64,000 nucleotides of DNA, taken from NCBI GenBank assembly GCA_964655705.1, contig CAZZPP010000003.1, forward strand, positions 37,427 to 101,426. Direction: 5' to 3'. The DNA is from an uncultured Candidatus Saccharibacteria bacterium (lineage in GTDB: Bacteria; Patescibacteriota; Dojkabacteria; SC72). The translations under genes and the position numbers were made by a program. The notes under the pieces were generated by a model, which worked only from the letters and a program-made list of their open reading frames with translations, made no database searches and had not been told where the DNA came from. Shown one piece after another: positions 1 through 9,043 of this stretch (the stretch's first letter is position 1; the number at the start of each line of letters is the position of its first letter).

Positions 1-479
1 TACCTGTCTCTAGTTACCTTTGCTAAAATAGAGGCTGCAGATATTGAATAGTGATATATATCTCCCCCTTTAATCTTTTCCATACTATATCCCTCAATAG
101 ACTCAATATTTGTTCCATCAATTATTAGATATTCTGCTCTCTTGCCTAACATACTCTCTACTTCAATGAGTGCACCCTTCATGGCCATTTTAACAGCCTG
201 TTGGATACCATACTCATCTATTTTCCTTGAATCTACCATACATACCCCAAAGGCTAGACTATTGGCTAGAATGAAGTTGTAGGACTCCTCCCTTTGCTTC
301 TCACTCATCTTCTTACTATCTCTAACCAGTGGAGAAAGAATACTACCCTCATTAATAGCTACAGCCCCAGCACATACAGGACCTGCTAGAGGACCTCTCC
401 CTGCTTCATCAATACCTACTACATACTTAAATCCCTTCCCCCAAAGTTTCTTTTCTAATTCAATATCAGGAAATATCAT
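1..479 (-). CDS. rnhB: Ribonuclease HII (3' end runs off the window)
   Basis: Manual translation of the minus strand from ATG at 479 gives MIFPDIELEKKLWGKGFKYVVGIDEAGRGPLAGPV..., containing the RNase HII GIDEAGRG motif. Not in the ORF track. Confidence 0.95.
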   Translation of the reverse strand, partial: MIFPDIELEKKLWGKGFKYVVGIDEAGRGPLAGPVCAGAVAINEGSILSPLVRDSKKMSEKQREESYNFILANSLAFGVCMVDSRKIDEYGIQQAVKMAMKGALIEVESMLGKRAEYLIIDGTNIESIEGYSMEKIKGGDIYHYSISAASILAKVTRDR

Positions 480-519
480 TAATATTGTAAATATTCATTT
501 AAATATGTATCATACTACT

Positions 520-792
520 ATGAAATCCTTCATATTATCAATATATCTCGTTTTAACCCTTTCCTTTCTCTCTGTCCCTGTTGTACATGCACAAGAAGAG
601 ATTGAAAGTGAAAGTGGTACACCAATTATTCTTGAAGAGGTTGATACACTAGCTGATGATAATGAATTAACAGAGATTGAGAATGAGCAAATATATCCTT
701 CTTTATCTTTCTTTGAAGTAACTCTCTCCCTGCTTGCACCTCTCTCTTTCATACTTTTAGGCTATTTGTTAATCAAGAAGTTGAAATTGTAA
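520..792 (+). CDS. Hypothetical exported/membrane protein (signal peptide, acidic middle, C-terminal TM)
   Basis: ORF 505..792; MKSFIL...VHA looks like a signal peptide, so the start at 520 is preferred; hydrophobic C-terminus. Confidence 0.6.
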   Translation: MKSFILSIYLVLTLSFLSVPVVHAQEEIESESGTPIILEEVDTLADDNELTEIENEQIYPSLSFFEVTLSLLAPLSFILLGYLLIKKLKL

Positions 793-848
793 TTTCCTCA
801 ATATTCCTGTATATTTTAAAAAATATATAAATTAAAATATTTTTAACC

Positions 849-1211
849 ATGAGTACCTCAGGAGATGATTTTTTCAAAGGCCTACTTTTCGGTGCCGTTA
901 TTGGTGCAACAGCAGGTATTCTCTTAGCTCCACAATCTGGTGCAAAAACAAGAGAGGATATTAAGAAGTTAACATTAGAAATGGGAGATAGGGCCAACGA
1001 CCTCTACCTTTCAGCTAGAAAGAAGGTTGAAAAGAAGATTAAGGAAGTTAAAATGGCAGGTAAGAAGATAGATTTTGATGCTTACAAGAAATTAGTTATG
1101 CAAGTAGTAGATGAGTTAAAAAATGATACTGATGTAACCTCAGATACTGCTAAAAAGATTGGTATGAGACTTAGTGATGATTGGAATGATATGAAGGAAG
1201 CATTGCTTTAA
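849..1211 (+). CDS. YtxH-domain protein
   Basis: FFKGLLFGAVIGATAGILLAPQSGAKTR matches the YtxH N-terminal pattern. Confidence 0.85.
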   Translation: MSTSGDDFFKGLLFGAVIGATAGILLAPQSGAKTREDIKKLTLEMGDRANDLYLSARKKVEKKIKEVKMAGKKIDFDAYKKLVMQVVDELKNDTDVTSDTAKKIGMRLSDDWNDMKEALL

Positions 1212-1253
1212 GATATTGTTTTTAGGATGAATAAATAATACAATCACGCAATT

Positions 1254-1326
1254 GCGAGAGTAGTTCAATTGGTAGAATGTCTCCTTCCCAAGGAGAAGGT
1301 TGCGGGTTCGAGCCCCGTCTCTCGCT
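1254..1326 (+). tRNA. tRNA-Gly(CCC)
   Basis: Acceptor GCGAGAG/CTCTCGC; anticodon arm TCTCC-TTCCCAA-GGAGA; T-loop GTTCGAG; no encoded CCA. Confidence 0.95.
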
Positions 1327-1349
1327 TTTGAAAAAAATTATGAATTTCC

Positions 1350-1378
1350 TTGTGATATAAAATATCTGATGATATAAT
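1350..1378 (+). promoter_or_regulatory. Sigma70-type promoter for the NYN gene
   Basis: TTGTGA (1350-1355), 17-nt spacer, TATAAT (1373-1378) with TG extension. Confidence 0.65.
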
Positions 1379-1391
1379 CAAAGCAATAAAC

Positions 1392-1423
1392 GCCTGCACC
1401 AGATTTATTCTGACAGTGCAGGC
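1392..1423 (+). promoter_or_regulatory. GC-rich leader hairpin upstream of the NYN gene
   Basis: GCCTGCAC-CAGA-TTTAT-TCTG-ACA-GTGCAGGC: perfect 8-bp outer stem plus 4-bp inner stem. Confidence 0.6.
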
Positions 1424-1440
1424 TCTTATTTTCACTCAAA

Positions 1441-1983
1441 ATGCCTAAAACCCAAAGAATAAAACTTTTTATAGATGGGAGTAATTTCTTTTTTTACTGT
1501 AAAGAAATTGGTATACCTTCATATCCTAAATTTGATTTTGAAAAACTTGTTAAATATCTTCTAAAGAACAGAAAGTTAGTAGGAAAAACCTACTATATTG
1601 GTGCAATTCGAGCAAAACCAAATGATCCTAAAGCACTCAAAATGATGGCAAAACAAATGAGTTTTTTCTCATACCTTAAGAAAAATGGCTGGAAAATCAA
1701 TAAAGGTTATCTATTAAGATCAAAAGGTAAGCATCACGAGAAAGGAGTGGATGTTAAGTTAGCTCTTGATTTAGTATTAGGTGCTGTAGATGACGAATTT
1801 GATGTCGCAATACTTTTGTCTTCTGACACAGATATTCTCCCAGCTGTAGAACAGGTTCAACTGAGAAACAAATCTGTTGAATATGTAGGTTTTAATCATC
1901 GTCCAAGTTTTGCAATGAGTGCAAAAAGTAAGAAGAAAATATTACTTACTAAATCAGACCTTGAGACTTTTTATGTTGTATAA
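1441..1983 (+). CDS. NYN (LabA/DUF88, PIN-like) domain putative ribonuclease
   Basis: Acidic motifs FIDGSN, EKGVDVKLALD and LLSSDTD. Confidence 0.9.
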   Translation: MPKTQRIKLFIDGSNFFFYCKEIGIPSYPKFDFEKLVKYLLKNRKLVGKTYYIGAIRAKPNDPKALKMMAKQMSFFSYLKKNGWKINKGYLLRSKGKHHEKGVDVKLALDLVLGAVDDEFDVAILLSSDTDILPAVEQVQLRNKSVEYVGFNHRPSFAMSAKSKKKILLTKSDLETFYVV

Positions 1984-1989
1984 TGACTC

Positions 1990-2391
1990 ATGATTATCCA
2001 CGCATTTAGATTAAAACCAGGCGATGATATCAAAGTTAAACTTGATAACTATGTAAAAAGAAAGAAGATTAAAGCTGGAGTTATTCTTTCTGCCGTTGGC
2101 AATATTGGCACAGCAACTATCAGACTTGCAAATGAGAATATTATAAAAAGCTATAAGGATCAATGGGGGTTTGAAATTGTATCAATTACAGGAACAATCT
2201 CTACATCTAACAATCACTTACATATATCCTTTTCTGACAAAGATGGAGGAACATATGGAGGACATCTTAATAATGGATGCATTGTTAGAATTACAGCAGA
2301 AATAGTAATAGGAGAAATTCCTAACCTTGAGTTTAAGAGGGAGCATGATAGTGAAACTGGTTTTGATGAATTAGTAGTAAAGAAAATATAA
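1990..2391 (+). CDS. PPC/DUF296 domain protein
   Basis: RLKPGDD, FEIVSITGT, HLHISFSD, GGHL and TAEIVI motifs. Confidence 0.9.
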   Translation: MIIHAFRLKPGDDIKVKLDNYVKRKKIKAGVILSAVGNIGTATIRLANENIIKSYKDQWGFEIVSITGTISTSNNHLHISFSDKDGGTYGGHLNNGCIVRITAEIVIGEIPNLEFKREHDSETGFDELVVKKI

Positions 2392-2438
2392 TAATTATTG
2401 ATTAAATCCCACCCCTCTGTTACAATCATGTTACGATT

Positions 2439-2511
2439 GCTGGTGTAGCTCAGTTGGTAGAGCATTCCCTTCGTAAGGGATAGGTCGACGGTTCGATCCC
2501 GCCCACCAGCT
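2439..2511 (+). tRNA. tRNA-Thr(CGT)
   Basis: Acceptor GCTGGTG/CACCAGC; anticodon loop TTCGTAA; T-loop TTCGATC. Confidence 0.92.
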
Positions 2512-2524
2512 TACTCATATACAC

Positions 2525-3616
2525 ATGGATACACACAAATATACAATTACAAATCTAATCCTTAACTATATTGTTAAGTATGAACTAGCTATTCAGACCA
2601 TTAATAATACCGTTATTCCTAGTCCCTTGCTTTTTGAAGTTACTGAGAAGTTAAGAACAGAGGAGATAGATAAGTTAGGTGAGTTAATTGCATATCCAAT
2701 TGGATACAACAAATCTTTAACTGTACAAAGAGGACAGGTTACTCCATCTTACAAAACTAAATTAAAGATATTTACAAATTTCAAAAATGTTCAAGACTTC
2801 ATTGACTCGTATACCATTAAAAGTAATCTTAAACCCTCAATTGAACTCTCTACACATCTAAACAAAATATTAATGAAGGATATTGTAGAACCATGGGATC
2901 AAGGAAGATTGAAAAACTTTTCAGAAAAACCCTTTGACCTTTTTGACTCATGGTATCCCCTTCGTGATTACTACCCCAATATTGATTCAAGATATCACTT
3001 TAACGATCTTTTTAATTGGATAACTAATTCCTCCACTGGAACACATAAGTTAATACAGTTGTGTATACTTCTTTACGAATATATTGATAAGGCGCCATTT
3101 TTTAGTGGTAACCAAATTACTGCAATAGCTACATTAAAAATACTAAGTAAAATATATGGCCTTAATCCCCATAATATCGTTCCTTTTTCAAAGGCTCTCT
3201 TTACAATTAGTGAAGATATACAATCGGCATTTAAAATATCCAAAGGTAAAAGAGATCTAACAATCTTCATTGAAGCAATACTGTATACCCTTTCTCTTAC
3301 TGTAATTGATACTTCTAAAAGAGTAACACAGGAGTATGATACTAAACTAAACATAAGGAAAGGCCTTAGTAAAGATTTAAATCAAAGACAGATTAAAATT
3401 ATTGAATACCTAAATAGTAATCCCAGTGTAACTAGAAACGCTTACTCCAAAATGATGGGGGTGTCATTCATGACTTCTTACAGAGACTTACAAGACCTAA
3501 TATCCAAGGAATATATCTCTCAGAAGGGACAAGGAAGAGGTACATACTACTTCATACCTGATCAAGATACCCAAGAACAAGAAAGAGTTGAAAGAGAAAT
3601 TAAACTTTTTACCTAA
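2525..3616 (+). CDS. Degenerate Fic-domain protein with C-terminal DeoR-like winged HTH
   Basis: APFFSGNQITA at the position of the Fic motif; C-terminal LNQRQIKIIEYL...TSYRDLQDL...GQGRGTYY. Confidence 0.7.
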   Translation: MDTHKYTITNLILNYIVKYELAIQTINNTVIPSPLLFEVTEKLRTEEIDKLGELIAYPIGYNKSLTVQRGQVTPSYKTKLKIFTNFKNVQDFIDSYTIKSNLKPSIELSTHLNKILMKDIVEPWDQGRLKNFSEKPFDLFDSWYPLRDYYPNIDSRYHFNDLFNWITNSSTGTHKLIQLCILLYEYIDKAPFFSGNQITAIATLKILSKIYGLNPHNIVPFSKALFTISEDIQSAFKISKGKRDLTIFIEAILYTLSLTVIDTSKRVTQEYDTKLNIRKGLSKDLNQRQIKIIEYLNSNPSVTRNAYSKMMGVSFMTSYRDLQDLISKEYISQKGQGRGTYYFIPDQDTQEQERVEREIKLFT

Positions 3617-3653
3617 ATTGCGATTGTAATATATAACTGATATCATTTTTAAT

Positions 3654-5174
3654 ATGATTGATACATCTAAATATGACATAATTATTGGCTTAGAGATACA
3701 TATACAGAGTAAAACAGACTCTAAAATGTTTTGCTCATGTCCAACCCATTACTTTGAAAAAGAGCCAAATACACATGTATGCCCCGTATGCTTAGGATTA
3801 CCAGGGGCATTACCTGTCCCAAACAGAAGAGCTATTGAATTGTGCATACTTCTGGGTTTAGCTACTAATTGTGATATTGATTCAGAGATTCACTTTGACA
3901 GGAAACATTACTTCTATCCCGATTTACCTAAAGGATATCAGATTAGTCAATACAAAAGACCCATATGCTCTGATGGATATATTGATATTAAGGATGAAGA
4001 TGGCAAAAAGTATACCATTGGGATTGAAAGAATTCACCAAGAAGAAGATGTAGCGAAATCAACACACCACAAAGAATCCTCTACTGGATTAGAGTACTCA
4101 CTAATTGATTACAACAAATCAGGAGTTCCTCTAATTGAAATTGTAAGTAAGCCAAATATTAGAAGTGCATATCAAGCTAGGGAGTATGCAAATAAAGTAA
4201 GACAGATTGTAAGATATCTAAATATCTCGGATGCTGACATGGAGAAAGGTCAAATGAGATGCGAACCAAACATCTCCATCCAAGAAAAAAGAAAGTGGGA
4301 ATACAAGGATGGAAAAATTCTACCTGTTGACAATTACATACTAAATTTAAAGTCCGAAATAAAAAATATTGGTTCAATATCTGCTGTTGAAAAATCAATC
4401 GACTATGAAGTTCAAAGAATGATTAAAGAATTAGAGACAGGTAAAACTTTAATACAACAAACAAGAGGATGGAATGCTGATAAAGGTATAACAGAATTCC
4501 AAAGATCTAAAGAAACTGCAGATGATTACAGATATATGCCTGATCCTGATATCCCCCTAATTAATATATCTGTAGAGGATATTGAAAAAATTAGTAAAGA
4601 GTTAGTAGAACTACCAAGTGAGAAAATAGAGAGATATCATCAAGAGTACGACCTTTCAGATTACGATTGTAATGTACTTACAGCTGATAGAGATATATCA
4701 AAATACTTCGAGGATGTTCTTAATCTTCTCTCAGAGGGTAATGATATTAAAAAGGTTGCTAAATCTGCTTCTAATTGGATTACAGGTGCAATCTTCTCAA
4801 TAGCCAATGATAGAAAGATAGATATTAACGAAGAGAATATTCCGAAGGCTGATTTGGTACACTTAATTAGGGTATTCGAAGAGAACAGATTAACAAGAAG
4901 TAAAGCTGAAGAGTTACTGAGAGAGTCTCTAGGAAATGACAAGCACCTAAATGAACTAATAGAGAATGCCTTAACAGAAAGCATAAAGAGTTCAAGTAAC
5001 TTAGGTGATATTGTAGATACAGTTATTTCTAACAATCCTAAAGCAATACAAGATTACAAATCAGGAAAACAAACTACTATTGGTTTTCTAATAGGGCAAG
5101 TAATGAAACAGACAAAAGGTACAGCAGATCCTAATGAGGCTAAATCAGTTTTAATAGAAAAATTAAATGGATAG
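3654..5174 (+). CDS. gatB: Asp/Glu-tRNA amidotransferase subunit B
   Basis: IGLEIH, FDRKHYFYPDLPKGYQISQ, DYRYMPDPD and GFLIGQVMK motifs. Confidence 0.97.
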   Translation: MIDTSKYDIIIGLEIHIQSKTDSKMFCSCPTHYFEKEPNTHVCPVCLGLPGALPVPNRRAIELCILLGLATNCDIDSEIHFDRKHYFYPDLPKGYQISQYKRPICSDGYIDIKDEDGKKYTIGIERIHQEEDVAKSTHHKESSTGLEYSLIDYNKSGVPLIEIVSKPNIRSAYQAREYANKVRQIVRYLNISDADMEKGQMRCEPNISIQEKRKWEYKDGKILPVDNYILNLKSEIKNIGSISAVEKSIDYEVQRMIKELETGKTLIQQTRGWNADKGITEFQRSKETADDYRYMPDPDIPLINISVEDIEKISKELVELPSEKIERYHQEYDLSDYDCNVLTADRDISKYFEDVLNLLSEGNDIKKVAKSASNWITGAIFSIANDRKIDINEENIPKADLVHLIRVFEENRLTRSKAEELLRESLGNDKHLNELIENALTESIKSSSNLGDIVDTVISNNPKAIQDYKSGKQTTIGFLIGQVMKQTKGTADPNEAKSVLIEKLNG

Positions 5175-5463
5175 TAAAACTCTTAAACATATCTCAGAGC
5201 TTTCTAGAATATCTCTTACAGATAGGGAGTTAGAAGAGTTTACTCCTCAAATGGAAACCATATTAGATAGTGCTAAAAAATTACAAGAAGTAGATACAAC
5301 AAATGTTTCCCCTATGAAAAGACATCTACCCTTTAATTCTCTTAGAGAAGATACCCCAGGGGATAGCCTCTCTCAAGAGGAAGTACTGCGTAATGCTAAT
5401 CACAAAGAGAATGGTTATGTAAAGGTATATGGAAAGATATTCGGGAGTATTGAAGAAAGCTAA
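5167..5463 (+). CDS. gatC: Asp/Glu-tRNA amidotransferase subunit C
   Basis: HISELSRI, LREDTP, VLRNA and GYVKV motifs; overlaps the end of gatB. Confidence 0.9.
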   Translation: MDSKTLKHISELSRISLTDRELEEFTPQMETILDSAKKLQEVDTTNVSPMKRHLPFNSLREDTPGDSLSQEEVLRNANHKENGYVKVYGKIFGSIEES

Positions 5464-5511
5464 TCTCTTTGTATAATAACATCTTTTTTAGTAAAATATA
5501 ATGTATTCTTA

Positions 5512-5597
5512 GCCGAGATGGTGAAACTGGCAGACACGCTTGCCTTAGGAGCAAGTGGGAATAATATCCCTTGGAGGTTCGAGTCCTCTTCTCGGCA
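5512..5597 (+). tRNA. tRNA-Leu(TAG)
   Basis: Acceptor GCCGAGA/TCTCGGC; anticodon arm CTTGC-CTTAGGA-GCAAG; long variable arm. Confidence 0.95.
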
Positions 5598-5620
5598 TAT
5601 ATATATTTAGTCAATTAAAC

Positions 5621-5863
5621 ATGGGAATAAAAATCATATCACCTTTTCAAAAAGTCTTACTTCAAAAAAGATTGTGCGTAGGATGTACTGCTTCATTGGA
5701 CAAAGCCAAAAAATTAGGCAAACTATCTGAAAGAAGAGAGTTAGTAGAGTGTAAATGTAAACGAAGATATGTATATAATAAGGAGTTTAATGAGTACCAA
5801 AGAGCAACTATTGCAGAAGAGCAACAGTTCTTAAGAGACCTTAACAAAAAACCTTTGTTGTAG
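5621..5863 (+). CDS. Small hypothetical protein, possible zinc ribbon (CxxC...CxC)
   Basis: ATG at 5621 after tRNA-Leu; LCVGC and ECKCKR motifs. Confidence 0.65.
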   Translation: MGIKIISPFQKVLLQKRLCVGCTASLDKAKKLGKLSERRELVECKCKRRYVYNKEFNEYQRATIAEEQQFLRDLNKKPLL

Positions 5864-5881
5864 TAGAATCACTAGATGTAT

Positions 5882-5954
5882 GCCGCTATCGTCTAGTGGA
5901 CTAGGACGACAGGTTTTCATCCTGTAAACCGGGGTTCGATTCCCCGTAGCGGTA
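5882..5954 (+). tRNA. tRNA-Glu(TTC)
   Basis: Anticodon arm ACAGG-TTTTCAT-CCTGT; acceptor GCCGCTA/TAGCGGT (G1-U72 wobble). Confidence 0.93.
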
Positions 5955-5978
5955 AATATAATTTAATGCCCCAAATTA

Positions 5979-6578
5979 ATGTACGAAGTATCAACAAAAG
6001 AGCTAAGTAATCAAGCAAAAGCCACTCAGTTTCTAGGATCTATTGGTAAAGCCATATACTCCTTGATTGAGACAATACTCGTTGCATTAGTTTTAGCCAT
6101 TGTACTGTACCTTTTCATAATGACTCCCCATGAAGTTGTAGGAAACTCAATGTACCCTACTTACAAGAATGGAGAATTCCTAATGGCAAACAAAATCTCA
6201 TACAAGGTATCAGATCCTCAAAGAGGTGATGTAATAATCTTTAAGTTTTCAGAATCACAAGACTTCATAAAAAGAGTAATAGGTACTCCAGGTGACGAAG
6301 TTATGATTAAGGATGGGAAGATATATATTAATGGAGAACTACTTGATGAATCTGACTATCTTGACTCCTCAGTTATAACTAATGGAGGATCATATTTACA
6401 TGAGGGACAAACGATAACTATTGGTGATGGGCAATACTTTGTATCTGGAGATAACAGAACAAATAGTTCTGATTCTAGAGATTTTGGACCTATTCAGATG
6501 GATGCAATCAAGGGTAAGGCATGGATAGTATACTTCCCCTTTACAGAATTCAGAGTTGTTAAACATCAAACATACTAA
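5979..6578 (+). CDS. lepB: Signal peptidase I
   Basis: GNSMYPT, FIKRVIG and GDNRTNSSDSR boxes. Confidence 0.95.
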   Translation: MYEVSTKELSNQAKATQFLGSIGKAIYSLIETILVALVLAIVLYLFIMTPHEVVGNSMYPTYKNGEFLMANKISYKVSDPQRGDVIIFKFSESQDFIKRVIGTPGDEVMIKDGKIYINGELLDESDYLDSSVITNGGSYLHEGQTITIGDGQYFVSGDNRTNSSDSRDFGPIQMDAIKGKAWIVYFPFTEFRVVKHQTY

Positions 6579-6616
6579 CATTGGACTATGTCTGTGAAAC
6601 ATGATAGATTATCAAT

Positions 6617-7408
6617 ATGGAAATTTTTGTAATTGCTAATCAAAAAGGTGGTGTAGGAAAAACTACTACTACACTTAATCTAGGTGCAGGAATTGCCAAA
6701 AGAGGAAAGAAAATATTGCTAATTGATTTAGATCCTCAGGCAAATCTCTCCTCTGGAATAGGATTTACTCAACAGTTTGACAAAGATAGTTGGGATACCA
6801 ATCAACAAGCACCATACAAAAATATATATGATGTACTAATTAACTCTGTACCAATACGCTCTGTTTTTGTATCTACATCTACACCTAATCTCTTTTTAAT
6901 TCCCTCCCACCTATCTCTTGCAGGTGCAGAGATAGAGATGGTAAGTATGATTTCTAGAGAAACTCTTTTAAAAAAGGCTATAGATGAAGTTAAAGGTGAT
7001 TTTGATGCAGTCATTATTGATTGTCCACCCTCTTTAGGCCTACTTACAATTAATGCACTAAGTGCTGCAGATAACCTCTTAATCCCAATACAGTGTGAAT
7101 ACTTTGCACTAGAAGGTCTAGGACAATTAATTAATACAATGAAATTAATTAAAGGTATTAACTCTTCACTTAAACTAGGTGGTGTTATTCTTACTATGTA
7201 TGATAGTAGAACAAAACTTTCTTCTAATGTTGTAAACGATGTTCAAGACTTCTTTAAAGAGTTAGCCTTTGAATCAATTGTACCAAGAAATGTAAGACTC
7301 TCTGAGGCTCCTTCATATGGTAAAACAATATTCCAATACGATTCTAAATCAACCGGGGCTATAGCATACAACAATTTAGCTAAAGAGTTTATTAAAAGAT
7401 TTCTTTAA
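6617..7408 (+). CDS. parA: Chromosome partitioning ATPase ParA/Soj
   Basis: NQKGGVGKTT, DLDPQAN, IDCPPSLG and RLSEAPS motifs. Confidence 0.96.
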   Translation: MEIFVIANQKGGVGKTTTTLNLGAGIAKRGKKILLIDLDPQANLSSGIGFTQQFDKDSWDTNQQAPYKNIYDVLINSVPIRSVFVSTSTPNLFLIPSHLSLAGAEIEMVSMISRETLLKKAIDEVKGDFDAVIIDCPPSLGLLTINALSAADNLLIPIQCEYFALEGLGQLINTMKLIKGINSSLKLGGVILTMYDSRTKLSSNVVNDVQDFFKELAFESIVPRNVRLSEAPSYGKTIFQYDSKSTGAIAYNNLAKEFIKRFL

Positions 7409-7425
7409 TTTTTAAATATATTACT

Positions 7426-8298
7426 ATGGAAGAGAAAAGATTAGGTAAAGGTTTAGCAGCATTAATTGATTCAAAAGAAATAGACAATTCCTCAAGTTCA
7501 TACAGAGAAAAATTTGATATTACAAAAATATTGCCTAATCCCTTTCAACCAAGAATGCATATTGAACCAGACGAATTAATCGGATTAGCAGATTCAATTA
7601 GGGAAAGTGGCGTTATACAACCTCTCATTGTAACTAAGGACAAGAACTCAGACAAATACCTAATTATTGCTGGAGAAAGAAGATTTAGGGCAGCACAACT
7701 AGCTGGATTGAAGTATATACCCATAGTCATTAAGGAGTCTTCACCTCAACAAATGCTTGAGTTGGCACTCATTGAGAATATCCAAAGACAAGATCTTAAT
7801 CCAATTGAAGAGGCATATGCTTTTGTACAATTACAAGATGAGTTTGGACTACCACAGGATGAAATTGCTACTAAGGTTGGACTTAACAGAGTTACAATAT
7901 CAAACAAGATGAGACTTTTGAAATTACCCGATCCTGTTAAAGAGGTAGTTCTAAATGAAACAATATCTGAGGGTCACGCTAGAGCCTTACTAGGCATTAA
8001 AGAGGACGAGTCCCTAATAGCGGCAACTGATATTGTAATTAAGAGAGGCTTAAGTGTTAGACAAACAGAATCTCTTGTAAGAAAGATTAACTATGGTAAG
8101 AGTGCAAAATACAAAAGTATTCAAACTGAATATCCTGATTTACTTAGATATGGTGAAATGTTAACTAAAAAGATTGGATTCAGTACTAGCGTAAGAAGAC
8201 TTAGCAAAGGAGGAAGAGTAATTATTAGGTTTATGAGTAAGAGTGATTTAGAAGAGCTGTTAAAGAAACTAGGGTTAGACAACTTTGATGAAGTCTAG
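7426..8298 (+). CDS. parB: Chromosome partitioning protein ParB/Spo0J
   Basis: LGKGLAAL, PNPFQPR, IAGERRFRA and ALIENIQR motifs. Confidence 0.96.
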   Translation: MEEKRLGKGLAALIDSKEIDNSSSSYREKFDITKILPNPFQPRMHIEPDELIGLADSIRESGVIQPLIVTKDKNSDKYLIIAGERRFRAAQLAGLKYIPIVIKESSPQQMLELALIENIQRQDLNPIEEAYAFVQLQDEFGLPQDEIATKVGLNRVTISNKMRLLKLPDPVKEVVLNETISEGHARALLGIKEDESLIAATDIVIKRGLSVRQTESLVRKINYGKSAKYKSIQTEYPDLLRYGEMLTKKIGFSTSVRRLSKGGRVIIRFMSKSDLEELLKKLGLDNFDEV

Positions 8299-9038
8299 GA
8301 AACTTCCTGTCTAAGTTTCTCATACATTAATACACCAGCACTAACACTAACATTAAGAGATCCAATACCCTCTCTCATAGGGATAGATACCTTCTTATCT
8401 ACTCTTTCTAGCATACCCGTTGATATACCAGTATCTTCTGCTCCTAATACAAAGGCAACAGGACCCGTTAAATCTGTATCAAAGTAAGTATCCCCTTCCA
8501 TATGTACACCAAAAATTTTAATACCTTCCTTTGATAGTCTTTTAACAGCCGCAAACAGATTCATTTCTACTAAAGGAATTCTTTCAGCAGCACCCATTGA
8601 TATCCTAATAGTCTCATCAGTAATTAAATTTACATCACTAGGATGAGATATTATGCCATTAACACCAGTTGCAAATGCAGTTCTCATAATAGCTGCAATA
8701 TTTTGAGTATATTTAATATCATCCAATATTAAAAAGAAGGGTATTTTATTTTCCTTGTATATACTTTCTAGAAGTTCATCTAAGTCCCATTGATTTTGAG
8801 AAAACATCATACCAACAACACTCTCAGAAGTAGATGCCCTTAGTCTTCTCATTAAGGTTTTTTTAGGCACTCTAATTATGGGAATTTTATGATCCTCTGC
8901 CAATTGAACAATCTCTTTGGTCTTCTCATCTCTATATGCGCTACTTGCTAAATATATACGCTCAAAATCCCTACCCTCTCTTAGTAGTTCTAATAGTGCA
9001 TTCTTACTTTCAATTTGGATAAATCTTTCTTTACTCAT
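8295..9038 (-). CDS. rlmB: TrmH/SpoU family 23S rRNA 2'-O-methyltransferase (RlmB-like)
   Basis: QNIAAIMRTA, VLGAEDTG and SLNVSVS SPOUT motifs. Confidence 0.85.
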   Translation of the reverse strand: MSKERFIQIESKNALLELLREGRDFERIYLASSAYRDEKTKEIVQLAEDHKIPIIRVPKKTLMRRLRASTSESVVGMMFSQNQWDLDELLESIYKENKIPFFLILDDIKYTQNIAAIMRTAFATGVNGIISHPSDVNLITDETIRISMGAAERIPLVEMNLFAAVKRLSKEGIKIFGVHMEGDTYFDTDLTGPVAFVLGAEDTGISTGMLERVDKKVSIPMREGIGSLNVSVSAGVLMYEKLRQEVS

Positions 9039-9043
9039 CTCTA

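Noticed and set aside
5555-5620. ORF-track N-terminal extension of the small Cys-rich protein
   Set aside because: It begins inside tRNA-Leu; the ATG at 5621 is more plausible.
6586-6601. Possible parS site upstream of parA (GTGAAACA at 6594-6601)
   Set aside because: Only the right half matches the TGTTTCACGTGAAACA consensus; the left half is not palindromic.
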